Shown here: positions 1 through 8,285 of the stretch, in pieces
Layout: each line of letters opens with the position of its first letter
Position numbering within the stretch: position 1 is the stretch's first letter
Virus record (IMG/VR): IMGVR_UViG_3300015371_000006
Location: 32,001-96,000 of that record
DNA from: a virus
DNA: 64,000 nt
Direction: 5' to 3' (one strand)
Made by a program: the position numbers and the translations under genes
Notes under the pieces: generated by a model
The model's database searches: none
The model's input: the letters and a program-made list of their open reading frames with translations, nothing else
Told to the model about the DNA's origin: nothing

Positions 1-162
1 GCCGTCGTCGGCGATGTGCACGAGCATCCGCCAGCCGTCTAGTTTCGGCTCGGCGGTGAAGTGCGGGGCTGCGTATGGCGCAAGCCCTTGAACCTTCGGG
101 GCCTCGGCGTTCTGCGCCAGCTTCTCGGCGCTTGTCGGGGCGGTGGTGGTCAGCGTGGTCAT
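1..162 (-). CDS. ATP-dependent DNA ligase, N-terminal part (runs off window)
   Basis: Manual translation MTTLTTTAPT...FTAEPKLDGWRMLVHIADDG contains nucleotidyltransferase motif I (KxDGxR); RBS AAGGAGG upstream. Not in the ORF track. Confidence 0.75.
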   Translation of the reverse strand, partial: MTTLTTTAPTSAEKLAQNAEAPKVQGLAPYAAPHFTAEPKLDGWRMLVHIADDG

Positions 163-291
163 CGGGAACCTCCTTGGTCGGTGCTTCAGATCATAGCACA
201 CCCTAGCTACGATCTGTAGCGCGCTCCCGGTCCGCCCCGTTGCGGGGTGTGCTATCATGTGTAGCAGTTGTTCCCGACCAGGAGGTTCCCG
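163..291. promoter_or_regulatory. Divergent promoter region with three TGCTA-N7-TAGCA-like boxes and two CCGACC(A)AGGAGG leaders
   Basis: Boxes at 182-198, 205-221 and 250-266; leader motifs at 169-181 (-) and ~274-285 (+). Confidence 0.75.
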
Positions 292-723
292 ATGAGCCCT
301 CGCTCTACCTTCACCGTCCGCTTCTCCGACGCCGCGTATCAGCTCGTCTCCGAGGAGTGCCGTCAGGCCCGCGCCGTCGCGCGGGAGTTCCGCTTCGACC
401 CGCCCCGGTCGCTGACCAACGCGATCCGGCAGGCCCGCGCGTACCGCGAGGCCGGGGTCGAGGTGCTCTACGTCTACGAGCAGGCGTGGCAGCGCTGCGG
501 GTCCATCCAGGGCCTCGGCTCGATGGAGGAGCAGGTCGGGCCGACCCGCTACTTCGACCTCGACCGCTCCGAGTTGTCGTCCGACGAGCGCCACCTGCGC
601 GACTACCACTCCCGCCGGGCGTGGCTGAAGACGACGGCGGTCCGTTGGGGCGACGGCTCGACCCGGCGCGGCAAGCTGCTCGCGCTGCAGGTCGAGTACC
701 GGACGCTCGGGTTGGAGGTCTGA
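292..723 (+). CDS. hypothetical phage protein
   Basis: ORF 268..723; start moved to ATG 292, which follows GGAGG; high-GC3 codon usage. Confidence 0.7.
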   Translation: MSPRSTFTVRFSDAAYQLVSEECRQARAVAREFRFDPPRSLTNAIRQARAYREAGVEVLYVYEQAWQRCGSIQGLGSMEEQVGPTRYFDLDRSELSSDERHLRDYHSRRAWLKTTAVRWGDGSTRRGKLLALQVEYRTLGLEV

Positions 724-724
724 G

Positions 725-997
725 ATGGCCTCCGATCCCCGCCACCCGCTCGCCCTTCCCGACTCCCCGCTCGCCTGCGTGGTCTGCGAAGGCTTCGGCT
801 CCGTCTACGTCGACGGGTCCGGCTGCAACGACTACGACTGCGGCGCGTGCGATGCGCTCGGCTTCCACGCCGACCGCGTGACCGCGTTGCAGGTCGAGGC
901 GCTGTTGGAGGACGAGGCGCGCACCGAGGATGCGTGGCTCGCCGCCGAGGAGGCTTATCTGTTGTCCGTCAACCCGACCGAGGAGGTTCTGTCATGA
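725..997 (+). CDS. small zinc-binding (CxxC) hypothetical protein
   Basis: CVVC and CGAC motifs; starts 2 nt after the upstream stop. Confidence 0.65.
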   Translation: MASDPRHPLALPDSPLACVVCEGFGSVYVDGSGCNDYDCGACDALGFHADRVTALQVEALLEDEARTEDAWLAAEEAYLLSVNPTEEVLS

Positions 998-1245
998 ACG
1001 CCCCCACTCATTTCGAGGTCAGCCCCGAGGACGGCTCGGCCTACTACGTCATCCCCGCCAACGACCTGTTCCCCGACACCCTCATCCAGGTGCCGCTCGA
1101 CTCTGAGGGCGCGCCGCTGTTTGAGGCGTCCGACGACGACACGTTCTTCGGCGGCGGCGAGGTCGATTGGGCTCGCGGTTTCGAGGACGATGCCGACCGG
1201 GATCGCGTCCAGGCGATCTTCGAAAGGCTGCGGGCCGGTGTTTGA
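994..1245 (+). CDS. acidic hypothetical protein
   Basis: ATGA overlap with upstream gene; CCGACCGAGGAGG leader at 974-986. Confidence 0.65.
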   Translation: MNAPTHFEVSPEDGSAYYVIPANDLFPDTLIQVPLDSEGAPLFEASDDDTFFGGGEVDWARGFEDDADRDRVQAIFERLRAGV

Positions 1246-1393
1246 GCGGCCCGTCCACTTCCTGATCTTCCTCGCGGTGTTCTCTGCGCCCGTCGTGCTG
1301 ATCGCGCGGGTGCAGGGGCTGCCGTGGTGGCAGATCGGGGCGTGCTTCGCCGTTGCCGTCGTGCTCGTCGGCCTCCGGCGTTCCGTCCGCTGA
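1238..1393 (+). CDS. small two-TM membrane protein
   Basis: GTG start; two hydrophobic segments. Confidence 0.5.
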   Translation: MFERPVHFLIFLAVFSAPVVLIARVQGLPWWQIGACFAVAVVLVGLRRSVR

Positions 1394-1438
1394 TGTGCTA
1401 CAGTCTGTAGCTCCAGTTCCCGACCAAGGAGGCCCCTC
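1394..1438 (+). promoter_or_regulatory. TGCTA-N7-TAGC box plus CCGACCAAGGAGG leader
   Basis: tgtgctacagtctgtagct at 1394-1412; ccgaccaaggagg at 1420-1432. Confidence 0.75.
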
Positions 1439-2287
1439 ATGCGAGGCACCCACTCTCAGTTGATCGTCACCACGACCGTCGATGAAGCGACGGGCTCCGA
1501 GGTGCCGCTGTTCCATTTCCCCGTCCAGATCTGCAAGGCCACGTCGGATGCGTCGGAGGTCAAGTTCGACCGCGCCGCTCCGTCGGGCGGCGAGTTGACC
1601 CGGCAGGAGATCGACTCCGTGACCGGCGAGGTCGTCGCGTCCGAGGACGTGCTGCGCGGTGTGCGGACCGGGGATTCGTTCTCCACGATCCCGGCCGAGA
1701 AGATCGCCGAGATCACCGACGCGACCAAGCTCGATGACGTGCGCGTGATCGACACGGTCGAGTTGGACGCGGTCCCGCGTGATCGCGGTGTCGCCCGGTA
1801 CTTCCTGCAGTCGCCCGCCAAGGGCGGGTCGCCGCAGGCGTTCCGGCTCACCTACGAGGCGCTGCTCCCGGCGAAGAAGAAGGGCTCGACGCCCGCTCGC
1901 CCGGCGCTTGCGCTGAAGGTGAAGTTCGGCGGCACGACCCGGCAGAAGTTCGGCATCGTCTACGCCGACGTGGCGACCGAGTCGCTGATCCTGCAGCAGC
2001 TGGTGTTCGGCGCGCAGGTCCGCGAGGCCGACGAGCAGGTCCGCTCGCACCTCGCCGTCCAGGTCGAGGAGCCGATGATCGCCAAGGTGCGGGCCGTGCT
2101 CGACGGGATGCTCGACGAGTCTGCGGACTTCGACGAGCCCGCCGATGATCTGATCCCCGCCCGCGAGGCGCTGATCGAGATCGCCCTGTCCGGGCAGGCC
2201 ATCCCGGCTCCGGTCGCCGAGGCCGAGGTCGCCGCGACCGACAACGTCGAGGCTGCCCTTGAGGCGAGCCTCGCCGCGCTCGCCTAG
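1439..2287 (+). CDS. ku: Ku-like DNA end-binding protein
   Basis: Matches the prokaryotic Ku pattern by eye: FPVQICKAT..EVKF...GGELTRQEIDSVTGEVV..EDVLRG...RYFLQ; 282 aa. Confidence 0.75.
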   Translation: MRGTHSQLIVTTTVDEATGSEVPLFHFPVQICKATSDASEVKFDRAAPSGGELTRQEIDSVTGEVVASEDVLRGVRTGDSFSTIPAEKIAEITDATKLDDVRVIDTVELDAVPRDRGVARYFLQSPAKGGSPQAFRLTYEALLPAKKKGSTPARPALALKVKFGGTTRQKFGIVYADVATESLILQQLVFGAQVREADEQVRSHLAVQVEEPMIAKVRAVLDGMLDESADFDEPADDLIPAREALIEIALSGQAIPAPVAEAEVAATDNVEAALEASLAALA

Positions 2288-2310
2288 CGAGCAACCGCAT
2301 CGCATCCGAG

Positions 2311-2339
2311 CGACGGCCCCGCCTTGCGCGGGGTCGTCG
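2311..2339. terminator. GC-rich hairpin after ku
   Basis: cgacggccccgc-cttgc-gcggggtcgtcg. Confidence 0.55.
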
Positions 2340-2382
2340 TCGTCTTGTGGTCCCGCCGTCGGGGCGTGCCACCATTCACGCG

Positions 2383-2592
2383 ATGAGCCGCGACCGGGTG
2401 TTTCTCTACGTGCTCGGCGCGCTGTTCGGGTTCATGATCATGTTCGGGGCCGGGGCCATCATCGTGTCGCTGATCCGCGACCCGACCGAGGTGGTGACGC
2501 TGCGCGTCGTCGGTGCGCTGGCGTCGATGTTCTCGGCCGTCGTCGGCCTGATCCTGGGCTACCTGGTCGGGCGCAACGGCAACGGCGGCTAG
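2383..2592 (+). CDS. small two-TM membrane protein
   Basis: MSRDRVFLYVLGALFGFMIMFGAGAIIVSL...; two hydrophobic helices. Confidence 0.6.
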   Translation: MSRDRVFLYVLGALFGFMIMFGAGAIIVSLIRDPTEVVTLRVVGALASMFSAVVGLILGYLVGRNGNGG

Positions 2593-2732
2593 GCCAGCGC
2601 GCAGATGGCGAGCGCGAGGCCGAGCAGGAAGGTCAGCAGTCCGAACGGTCCGGCCTGATCGCCCGCGCCGCCCGCGACCATCAGCAGGTAGCCGACGAAG
2701 CCGACGAGGTAGAGGATCGCGAGCGCCGTCAT
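2589..2732 (-). CDS. 47-aa hydrophobic membrane protein
   Basis: Manual translation MTALAILYLVGFVGYLLMVAGGAGDQAGPFGLLTFLLGLALAICALA; abuts the ssb stop. Confidence 0.55.
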   Translation of the reverse strand: MTALAILYLVGFVGYLLMVAGGAGDQAGPFGLLTFLLGLALAICALA

Positions 2733-3185
2733 CTAGAACGGGATGTCGTCGTCGCTGCCGGTGACCTCGCCGCCGCCGGTCGCCGGGGGCAGGTCGGCGG
2801 TGTCGGCGGGCACGTCGGAGGTCTGTCCGCTCGCGCCGCTGCCGCCCGCTTCGTTGGGCTTGCCGCCGAGGAAGATCACGTCGTGCGCGACGATCTCGAC
2901 CGCCTGGCGCTTCGTCCCGTCCTTGGCCTCCCACTCGCGCCACTCCAGCCGTCCCTGCAGGCCGACCTTGCGGCCCTTCGCCAGGTACTCAGCGGCGTTC
3001 TCGCCCTGCTTGCCCCACACGGTCACGTCGAAGTAGTTGGGCTTGTCCACCCAATCGTTGCCCTCCTTGCGGCGGGTGTTGCTCGCCACGCGCATGTTGC
3101 AGACGGGGGTGCCGCCTCCGGTGTGGCGCAGCTCGGGGTCGCGGGTGAGATTGCCCGTCAGGACGACGGTGTTCAGCTCAGGCAT
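2733..3185 (-). CDS. ssb: single-stranded DNA-binding protein
   Basis: LNTVVLTGNLTRDPELRHT...YFDVTVWGKQGENAAEYLAKG...C-terminal DDDIPF; CCGACCAAGGAGG at 3191-3203. Confidence 0.95.
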   Translation of the reverse strand: MPELNTVVLTGNLTRDPELRHTGGGTPVCNMRVASNTRRKEGNDWVDKPNYFDVTVWGKQGENAAEYLAKGRKVGLQGRLEWREWEAKDGTKRQAVEIVAHDVIFLGGKPNEAGGSGASGQTSDVPADTADLPPATGGGEVTGSDDDIPF

Positions 3186-3220
3186 CGAGGCCTCCTTGGT
3201 CGGGTAACGATGCCAGGAGG

Positions 3221-3517
3221 CTACCGCACAGCGCGGCGGCGGGCGAGTGCTCGGGCGGCTTTCTCTGCCACGGTCTGTAGCGATCCGTTGGCCGCAGCGA
3301 GGCACTCGGCTTCGCTGTCGGTGAGGTAGATCTCAACGCCCGCCCGGCGTGAGCGCGGGCGCTTCGGGTTCGGTCTGCCGCTCGGGTAGGGCAGCGGCAG
3401 GCCCTCATGCTCCAGGCGGGTTTTCTCTGCCCGGCAGCTGGAGCCACAGGCGTGGGCGTCCACGCGCTTGCCGGTGATGTCGCCGCCACAGATGACGCAG
3501 ATGCGGGCCTGCTTCAT
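3221..3517 (-). CDS. zinc-finger putative DNA-binding protein
   Basis: CVICG...CGSSCR; basic middle region; C-terminal VEIYLTDSE resembles a ribbon-helix-helix start. Confidence 0.55.
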   Translation of the reverse strand: MKQARICVICGGDITGKRVDAHACGSSCRAEKTRLEHEGLPLPYPSGRPNPKRPRSRRAGVEIYLTDSEAECLAAANGSLQTVAEKAARALARRRAVR

Positions 3518-3837
3518 CCCAGCTGCGGTCGGACGCGCAGGACTTGCTTGCTCGGGAAGGTCTTGCGAACGCCGTTGGGGAAGGTGACCTCCACCTCGCT
3601 GTCGTAGAGCCCCGGTGTGTCCAGGTCGTCGTTGCCCCAGGGCACGGTCGCGCGGTTGCTGTCCACGACGGGCACGTCGCAGGTGACCGTGACGGCCTTG
3701 ACCCCCTCGCGCTGGTCGATTCGGAACACGACCGTTGAGCCGTCGACCAGCGGAACGGGGCCGTTGATGTCTGAGACCTCGATCTCCATCGGCTGGGTGT
3801 CGCCCTGGGTGAGTTCCACAACGGTCGCGTCAGCCAT
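3514..3837 (-). CDS. BppU N-terminal-like (Ig-fold) baseplate/tail protein
   Basis: ELTQGDT.P...DLDTPGLYDSEVEVTFPNG.RKTFPS pattern. Confidence 0.65.
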   Translation of the reverse strand: MADATVVELTQGDTQPMEIEVSDINGPVPLVDGSTVVFRIDQREGVKAVTVTCDVPVVDSNRATVPWGNDDLDTPGLYDSEVEVTFPNGVRKTFPSKQVLRVRPQLG

Positions 3838-3846
3838 GCCGGAACC

Positions 3847-6800
3847 CTAGCCCGGCTGGCGGATGCGCACAACAGCGCGGTCGTCGATGAGCCCCGCCTG
3901 GGCGGCGGTGTCCTGCGCGCGGGCGCGCGCGCGGGTGTCGATCAGCAGCGCCAGGGCGTTGACCGCCGCCACCATCCGCATCGTCAGCTCGCCCTCCACG
4001 GTCGGGGAGGTGATCGTGGTGAGGATCAGGGCGGCGGTGGTGGCCTGCGCTGCGGCCTCGGCCAGCAGCAGCGTCGTGGGCCCGCTGAGCGTGAGCTGCG
4101 CGTCCGACTGAGCTGCGGCGTGCAGCAGCAGCTTCAGGACCAGGGCGAGCGCCGCCGTCGACTCGCCGTTGGCCGCCGCCAGCACCACGGTCGCGGCCAC
4201 GCCGAGCTGCAGGTCGGCGTCCGAGGTCGCGGTCGCGTCGCTCAGCAGCAGGTCGGCGGCGACGCTCAGCCTCGCCGTTGCGTCGCTCAGGGCGGTCGCG
4301 GGGGCGAGGATCACGGTCGTCGGCGCGGTGATGGCCAGGGAGCCCGACGAGGTCGCAGCGGCGCTCAGATCGACGAACGTCGGCGCGGTGGTGAGTGCGA
4401 GGCTCGCGGTGGACTGGCCTGCAGCCGTCAGCGTCAGCCGCGCCGGGGCGGTGAGCGTCAGGCTCGCGCTCGACGTTGCGGCCGAGCTGCCGAGTGCCAC
4501 CAGGCCGGGCGCGGTCAGCGCCAGGGTGGCCGACGAGCTGCCCGCCGTCGACAGGGTGAGGTACGGGACCGTGTCGGTCTGCACGAACAGCGTCGCGTTC
4601 GACTGGGCGCTCGCCGCGTCGAGCTGCACATAGGTCTGCGCGCGCAGAGCGAGGCTCGCCGCCGAGCTGCCTGACGTGCTCAGCGTCAGCAGCGCCGGAG
4701 CTGTCAGCGCCAAGGTTGCTGAGCTGCTCACCGTCGAGCTGCCGAGCTGCACCGTGGTCGGGGCGCTCAGCGCGAGGGTTGCCGAGCTGCTCGCGGCGGC
4801 TGGGTCCAGCGCCACCTCGGTCTTCGCGGTGAGCTGCAGGGTCGCGGCCGAGGCTGCCGCCGACGACAGCGAGAGGTACGGCACGGTGTCGCTCTGCACG
4901 AAGCACGTCGCCGAGGACTGAGCGTTGGCCGGGTCGAGCGGGATTACCGTCTGCGCGGTGAGGGCCAGCGTCGCGCTGCTTTGCGCGGCTGCCGTGCCGA
5001 GCGGCAGGATGGCCGTCGCCGTCAGGGTCAGCGCAGCGGTGCTCTGTGCTGCGGCGGGGTCGAGGGGCACGGTGGTCGGTGCGGTCAGCGCGAGAGTGGC
5101 GCTGCTCTGCGCGGCCGCCGTGCCGAGCGGCACATAGGTCTGGGCGGTGAGCGCAAGGCTCCCCGTCGACGTCGACGCCGCCGTGCCGAGCACCACGCGG
5201 GCGGCCGCCGAGAGCGCGAGCGTTGCTGAGGACTGCGCCGCAGCCGTGCCGAGCGCCACCGTGGCCGGGGCGGTGAGTGCCAGGGTGGCCGCCGACTGCG
5301 CCGTGGCCGTGCCGAGGGCCACGCGGGTCTGCGCCGTCAACGCCAGGGTGGCACTCGATACCGCCGCCGAGGTGCCGAGCGGGATCTGCGTCTTCGCGGT
5401 GAGCGCCATCGTCGCGCTCGATTGCGCCGTGGAGGTCAGCGTCAGCAGAGCCGGTGCGGTGAGCGTCAGCGTCGCGGTCGAGGTCGCTGCCGCCGTGCCC
5501 AGCGTCAGCAGTGCCGGTGCGGTGAGGGCGAGGGTCGCCGAGGACTGTGCGGCTGCGCTGCCAAGCGCCACCGTCGTCTTCGCCGAGAGCGCGAGCGTGG
5601 CCGAGGACTGGGCGGCGGCCGCGCCGAGCGCGATGGTCGTCTGCGCGGTGAGCGCGAGGGTGGCACTCGACTGCCCGTCGCTCGCCCCCAGCGGGATGAT
5701 CGGGATGGTCGCCGGGATGGTGAGCGCGAGAGTGGCCTGCGCCCTTCCCAGGGTGGGGGTGCCCTGCAGCTCGCCGACGTGAACGTCATCGATGCTCTGC
5801 GCCCCGAAGACGCCGACATAGGCGCGCACCGTGGTCACCGACGAGGTGACCGACTTGCTCAGCACGACCGTCCACGTCGAGCTGGCGGCGGGCTTGTACC
5901 AGACGGTTGCGTCGCCGTTGGCCTCCAGCGAGACGCCGATCTGATCGCCGAGGGACAGCGGGTTGTCCTCGGTGCCGACGCCGTAGCCGTCGGCCGTCCC
6001 GGCCTCGTATGCGTTGACCTGGTACGGAAGGTCGGTGGGCTGGCCGGTCCAGGTGCCGGGCGCGATCTCGACCTCGACGCCGACGTTTGAGTTGCTCGCG
6101 TCGACGATCCCGAAGTACGACCAGATGGTCGGCTCCAGCTCGTCGCCGAGGGTGAAGAAGATCCCCGCCGGGGCGGTGAGGTCGTGCGGCCAGAGGGCGG
6201 CGGAACCGTCCTGCAGGTCGCTGATCGAGTGCAGTTCGTTGCCGCGAATCTCGGCCAGCGTCACCGGGTAGGCGCTGCCCGGCACACTGTCCCATCCAGC
6301 AGGGGGCGATTCGTCGGCGCGATTGAAGTCGTCGACCAGGGGCAGGCGGGCGAAGTCGTCAGCCTCGGTGGCCCCGTTCAGCGTCAGGATCGCCGGGGCG
6401 GTGAGTGCCAGAGTTGCCGAGGACGTGGCCGCTGAGGTGCCCAGCGCCACCTTCGTGGCAGCGGTCAGGGCCAGGGTCGCGCTCGACTGGGCGGCGGCGG
6501 TACCCAGGGCCACCGTGGTCTTCGCCGTCAGCGCCAGGGTGGCGCTGGAGGTGGCCTGGCTGCTTTGCAGCGGGATCGTGGTCTGCGCGGTGAGCGCGAG
6601 GGTCGCGTTGCTGAGCGCGTCGGCCTGCCCGAGCACCACCTTTGCCGGGGCCGTCAACGCAAGGGTGGCGCTCGATTGCGCCGTGCTGGTCGCCAGCGAC
6701 ACCGGAGCCGGGGTCGCCAGCGCCAGGGTGGCGGCCGCGACCGCGCCGCTGGCCTGCGGGAAGATCCAGGCCGACGACTCGTAGGTCCACGGGCTCGGGC

Positions 6801-7536
6801 CGGTCGTGATAACCGTCGTGCCGGTGACCGTGTTTCCGTCGTAGCCGTGGGCGGTGACATCGGCCACCGGAGTGGCGGCCGCGCTCTGATCGAACTCCAG
6901 CAGCTGGGCCGGAGACAGCGCCGCCCAGTCAGAGGTCGCCCGGTTCGTGACCAGGGACTCGATGTTGCCGTCGCTCAGGGCCGAGGTCCACTCGCCCACC
7001 ATCGAGAAGTCGACGGGGTAGTAGGCGATGATCGCCGAAGCGAGCCAGAAGAAGCCCCCCGTATGGTCGTTCGGGTTGCCCATCGTGCCCGCGCCGTCTT
7101 CGTGCGTCCACGCGCCGCCCTTGTAGATGTGGAAACGAGGGGTCGCTGTGCCGCTGGCCTTCGTGACCGCCGCGATCACCCAGCCATCCGAGTCGGTGAT
7201 CGTCGTCGTCGAGGTCCGCGCGGTGCTGCCGACGATGGCGAGGTTCAGCTGGTTGGACGCGTTGATCCGCAGGCTGAGCGCCTCGGCGAAGCCCGAGGTC
7301 GAGTGCAGGATCACGTAGTCCGCCGAGCCTGCGCGCGTGCGCCTGATCAGCGTTGCAATCGTGAACGCGCCGGTCAGGTTGACGGTGTCGCCGGTAATTA
7401 CATCGCTTGAGCCATTGAAGCTCCGGGCGGTGACCGGCGTCACCGTGGTCGGCGTCAGGCCACCTCGCGGGCCCGACATCGGTACGCGCAGACCAGCGCG
7501 TACCGGCTCGTTGCCGCCTGAGCCGATGTTCGCCAT
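3847..7536 (-). CDS. tail-fibre-like protein: N-terminal LamG/ConA domain, ~21-aa Ala/Thr/Leu repeats, inserted beta-sandwich domain
   Basis: LamG-like N-terminus (FTIATLIRR...WVIAAVTK); many repeats such as SSATLALTAxTxVxLGTAAAQ. Confidence 0.65.
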   Translation of the reverse strand: MANIGSGGNEPVRAGLRVPMSGPRGGLTPTTVTPVTARSFNGSSDVITGDTVNLTGAFTIATLIRRTRAGSADYVILHSTSGFAEALSLRINASNQLNLAIVGSTARTSTTTITDSDGWVIAAVTKASGTATPRFHIYKGGAWTHEDGAGTMGNPNDHTGGFFWLASAIIAYYPVDFSMVGEWTSALSDGNIESLVTNRATSDWAALSPAQLLEFDQSAAATPVADVTAHGYDGNTVTGTTVITTGPSPWTYESSAWIFPQASGAVAAATLALATPAPVSLATSTAQSSATLALTAPAKVVLGQADALSNATLALTAQTTIPLQSSQATSSATLALTAKTTVALGTAAAQSSATLALTAATKVALGTSAATSSATLALTAPAILTLNGATEADDFARLPLVDDFNRADESPPAGWDSVPGSAYPVTLAEIRGNELHSISDLQDGSAALWPHDLTAPAGIFFTLGDELEPTIWSYFGIVDASNSNVGVEVEIAPGTWTGQPTDLPYQVNAYEAGTADGYGVGTEDNPLSLGDQIGVSLEANGDATVWYKPAASSTWTVVLSKSVTSSVTTVRAYVGVFGAQSIDDVHVGELQGTPTLGRAQATLALTIPATIPIIPLGASDGQSSATLALTAQTTIALGAAAAQSSATLALSAKTTVALGSAAAQSSATLALTAPALLTLGTAAATSTATLTLTAPALLTLTSTAQSSATMALTAKTQIPLGTSAAVSSATLALTAQTRVALGTATAQSAATLALTAPATVALGTAAAQSSATLALSAAARVVLGTAASTSTGSLALTAQTYVPLGTAAAQSSATLALTAPTTVPLDPAAAQSTAALTLTATAILPLGTAAAQSSATLALTAQTVIPLDPANAQSSATCFVQSDTVPYLSLSSAAASAATLQLTAKTEVALDPAAASSSATLALSAPTTVQLGSSTVSSSATLALTAPALLTLSTSGSSAASLALRAQTYVQLDAASAQSNATLFVQTDTVPYLTLSTAGSSSATLALTAPGLVALGSSAATSSASLTLTAPARLTLTAAGQSTASLALTTAPTFVDLSAAATSSGSLAITAPTTVILAPATALSDATARLSVAADLLLSDATATSDADLQLGVAATVVLAAANGESTAALALVLKLLLHAAAQSDAQLTLSGPTTLLLAEAAAQATTAALILTTITSPTVEGELTMRMVAAVNALALLIDTRARARAQDTAAQAGLIDDRAVVRIRQPG

Positions 7537-8285
7537 TACGACCTACGCTGCGGAATCCACAGCGGCTTGTTCTGCGGGATGGCCAGGGCGTTGCCCATCG
7601 TCGCTGCCCGGAAGCACAGCGCCGTGGTCAGGGTTCGACTGGAGGTCGTGTTCGACGGCGTGATCGTCGCGGTGCCGGTCGAGCCCGAGGCCGTCAGCGA
7701 CTTGTAGCCGATCTCGGTGCCGTGTCCGGTGCCCGTGGTCGTGTGCGCGTCGTAGCCCTCGGTCAGCGTGGCGATGGTGAACGTGTGCGCGGTGTCGTTG
7801 ACGCGCATCCCCATCCCGATCCACAGCGAGTTCGTGTTCGACGGCGAGCAGGCGTTGACGGTGAACGAGGTCGTGCTCGCCTGATCCTGCGCGGTCGCCA
7901 GCGAGCCGTCCAGGGTCTCGATTGCGTAGCGGAACGAGAGAATGCGCGCTCCGGCCGAGTCGCCCGTCGTGCCGGTTGTCAGCGACGACCACTGGAAGGA
8001 GGCATCGTCGGCCGAGCCGCTGGTCGAGGTGGCGATCCGCGTGAAGACGTAGAACTTGCCGCCGCTCGCCGTAGCCGACGCCACCGGGAACCCCGAGACG
8101 GTGTTCCAGCCCGAGGGCGTGGCAGCCGTCGCGCTGTTGCTGCGCGAGTTCGTGATCAGCACCAGCAGGTCGCCCACCAGCCGCGTCGGCGCGGCGGGGG
8201 CGAGGGTCGTCGGCGTCACCACGTTATTCGCGGTGAACGCACCCGAGCCCGCCGCGACGAATTCCGGTGTGTTGGGCCAGGCCAT
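7536..8285 (-). CDS. Ser/Thr-rich virion structural protein
   Basis: Real start probably MAWPNTPEF (ATG overlapping upstream stop); GDLLVL...TPSGW beta-rich pattern. Confidence 0.6.
   Translation of the reverse strand: MAWPNTPEFVAAGSGAFTANNVVTPTTLAPAAPTRLVGDLLVLITNSRSNSATAATPSGWNTVSGFPVASATASGGKFYVFTRIATSTSGSADDASFQWSSLTTGTTGDSAGARILSFRYAIETLDGSLATAQDQASTTSFTVNACSPSNTNSLWIGMGMRVNDTAHTFTIATLTEGYDAHTTTGTGHGTEIGYKSLTASGSTGTATITPSNTTSSRTLTTALCFRAATMGNALAIPQNKPLWIPQRRS

Noticed and set aside
182-266. Resemblance of GTGCTA/TAGCAC half-sites to CIRCE
   Set aside because: Half-site order and spacing differ from TTAGCACTC-N9-GAGTGCTAA.
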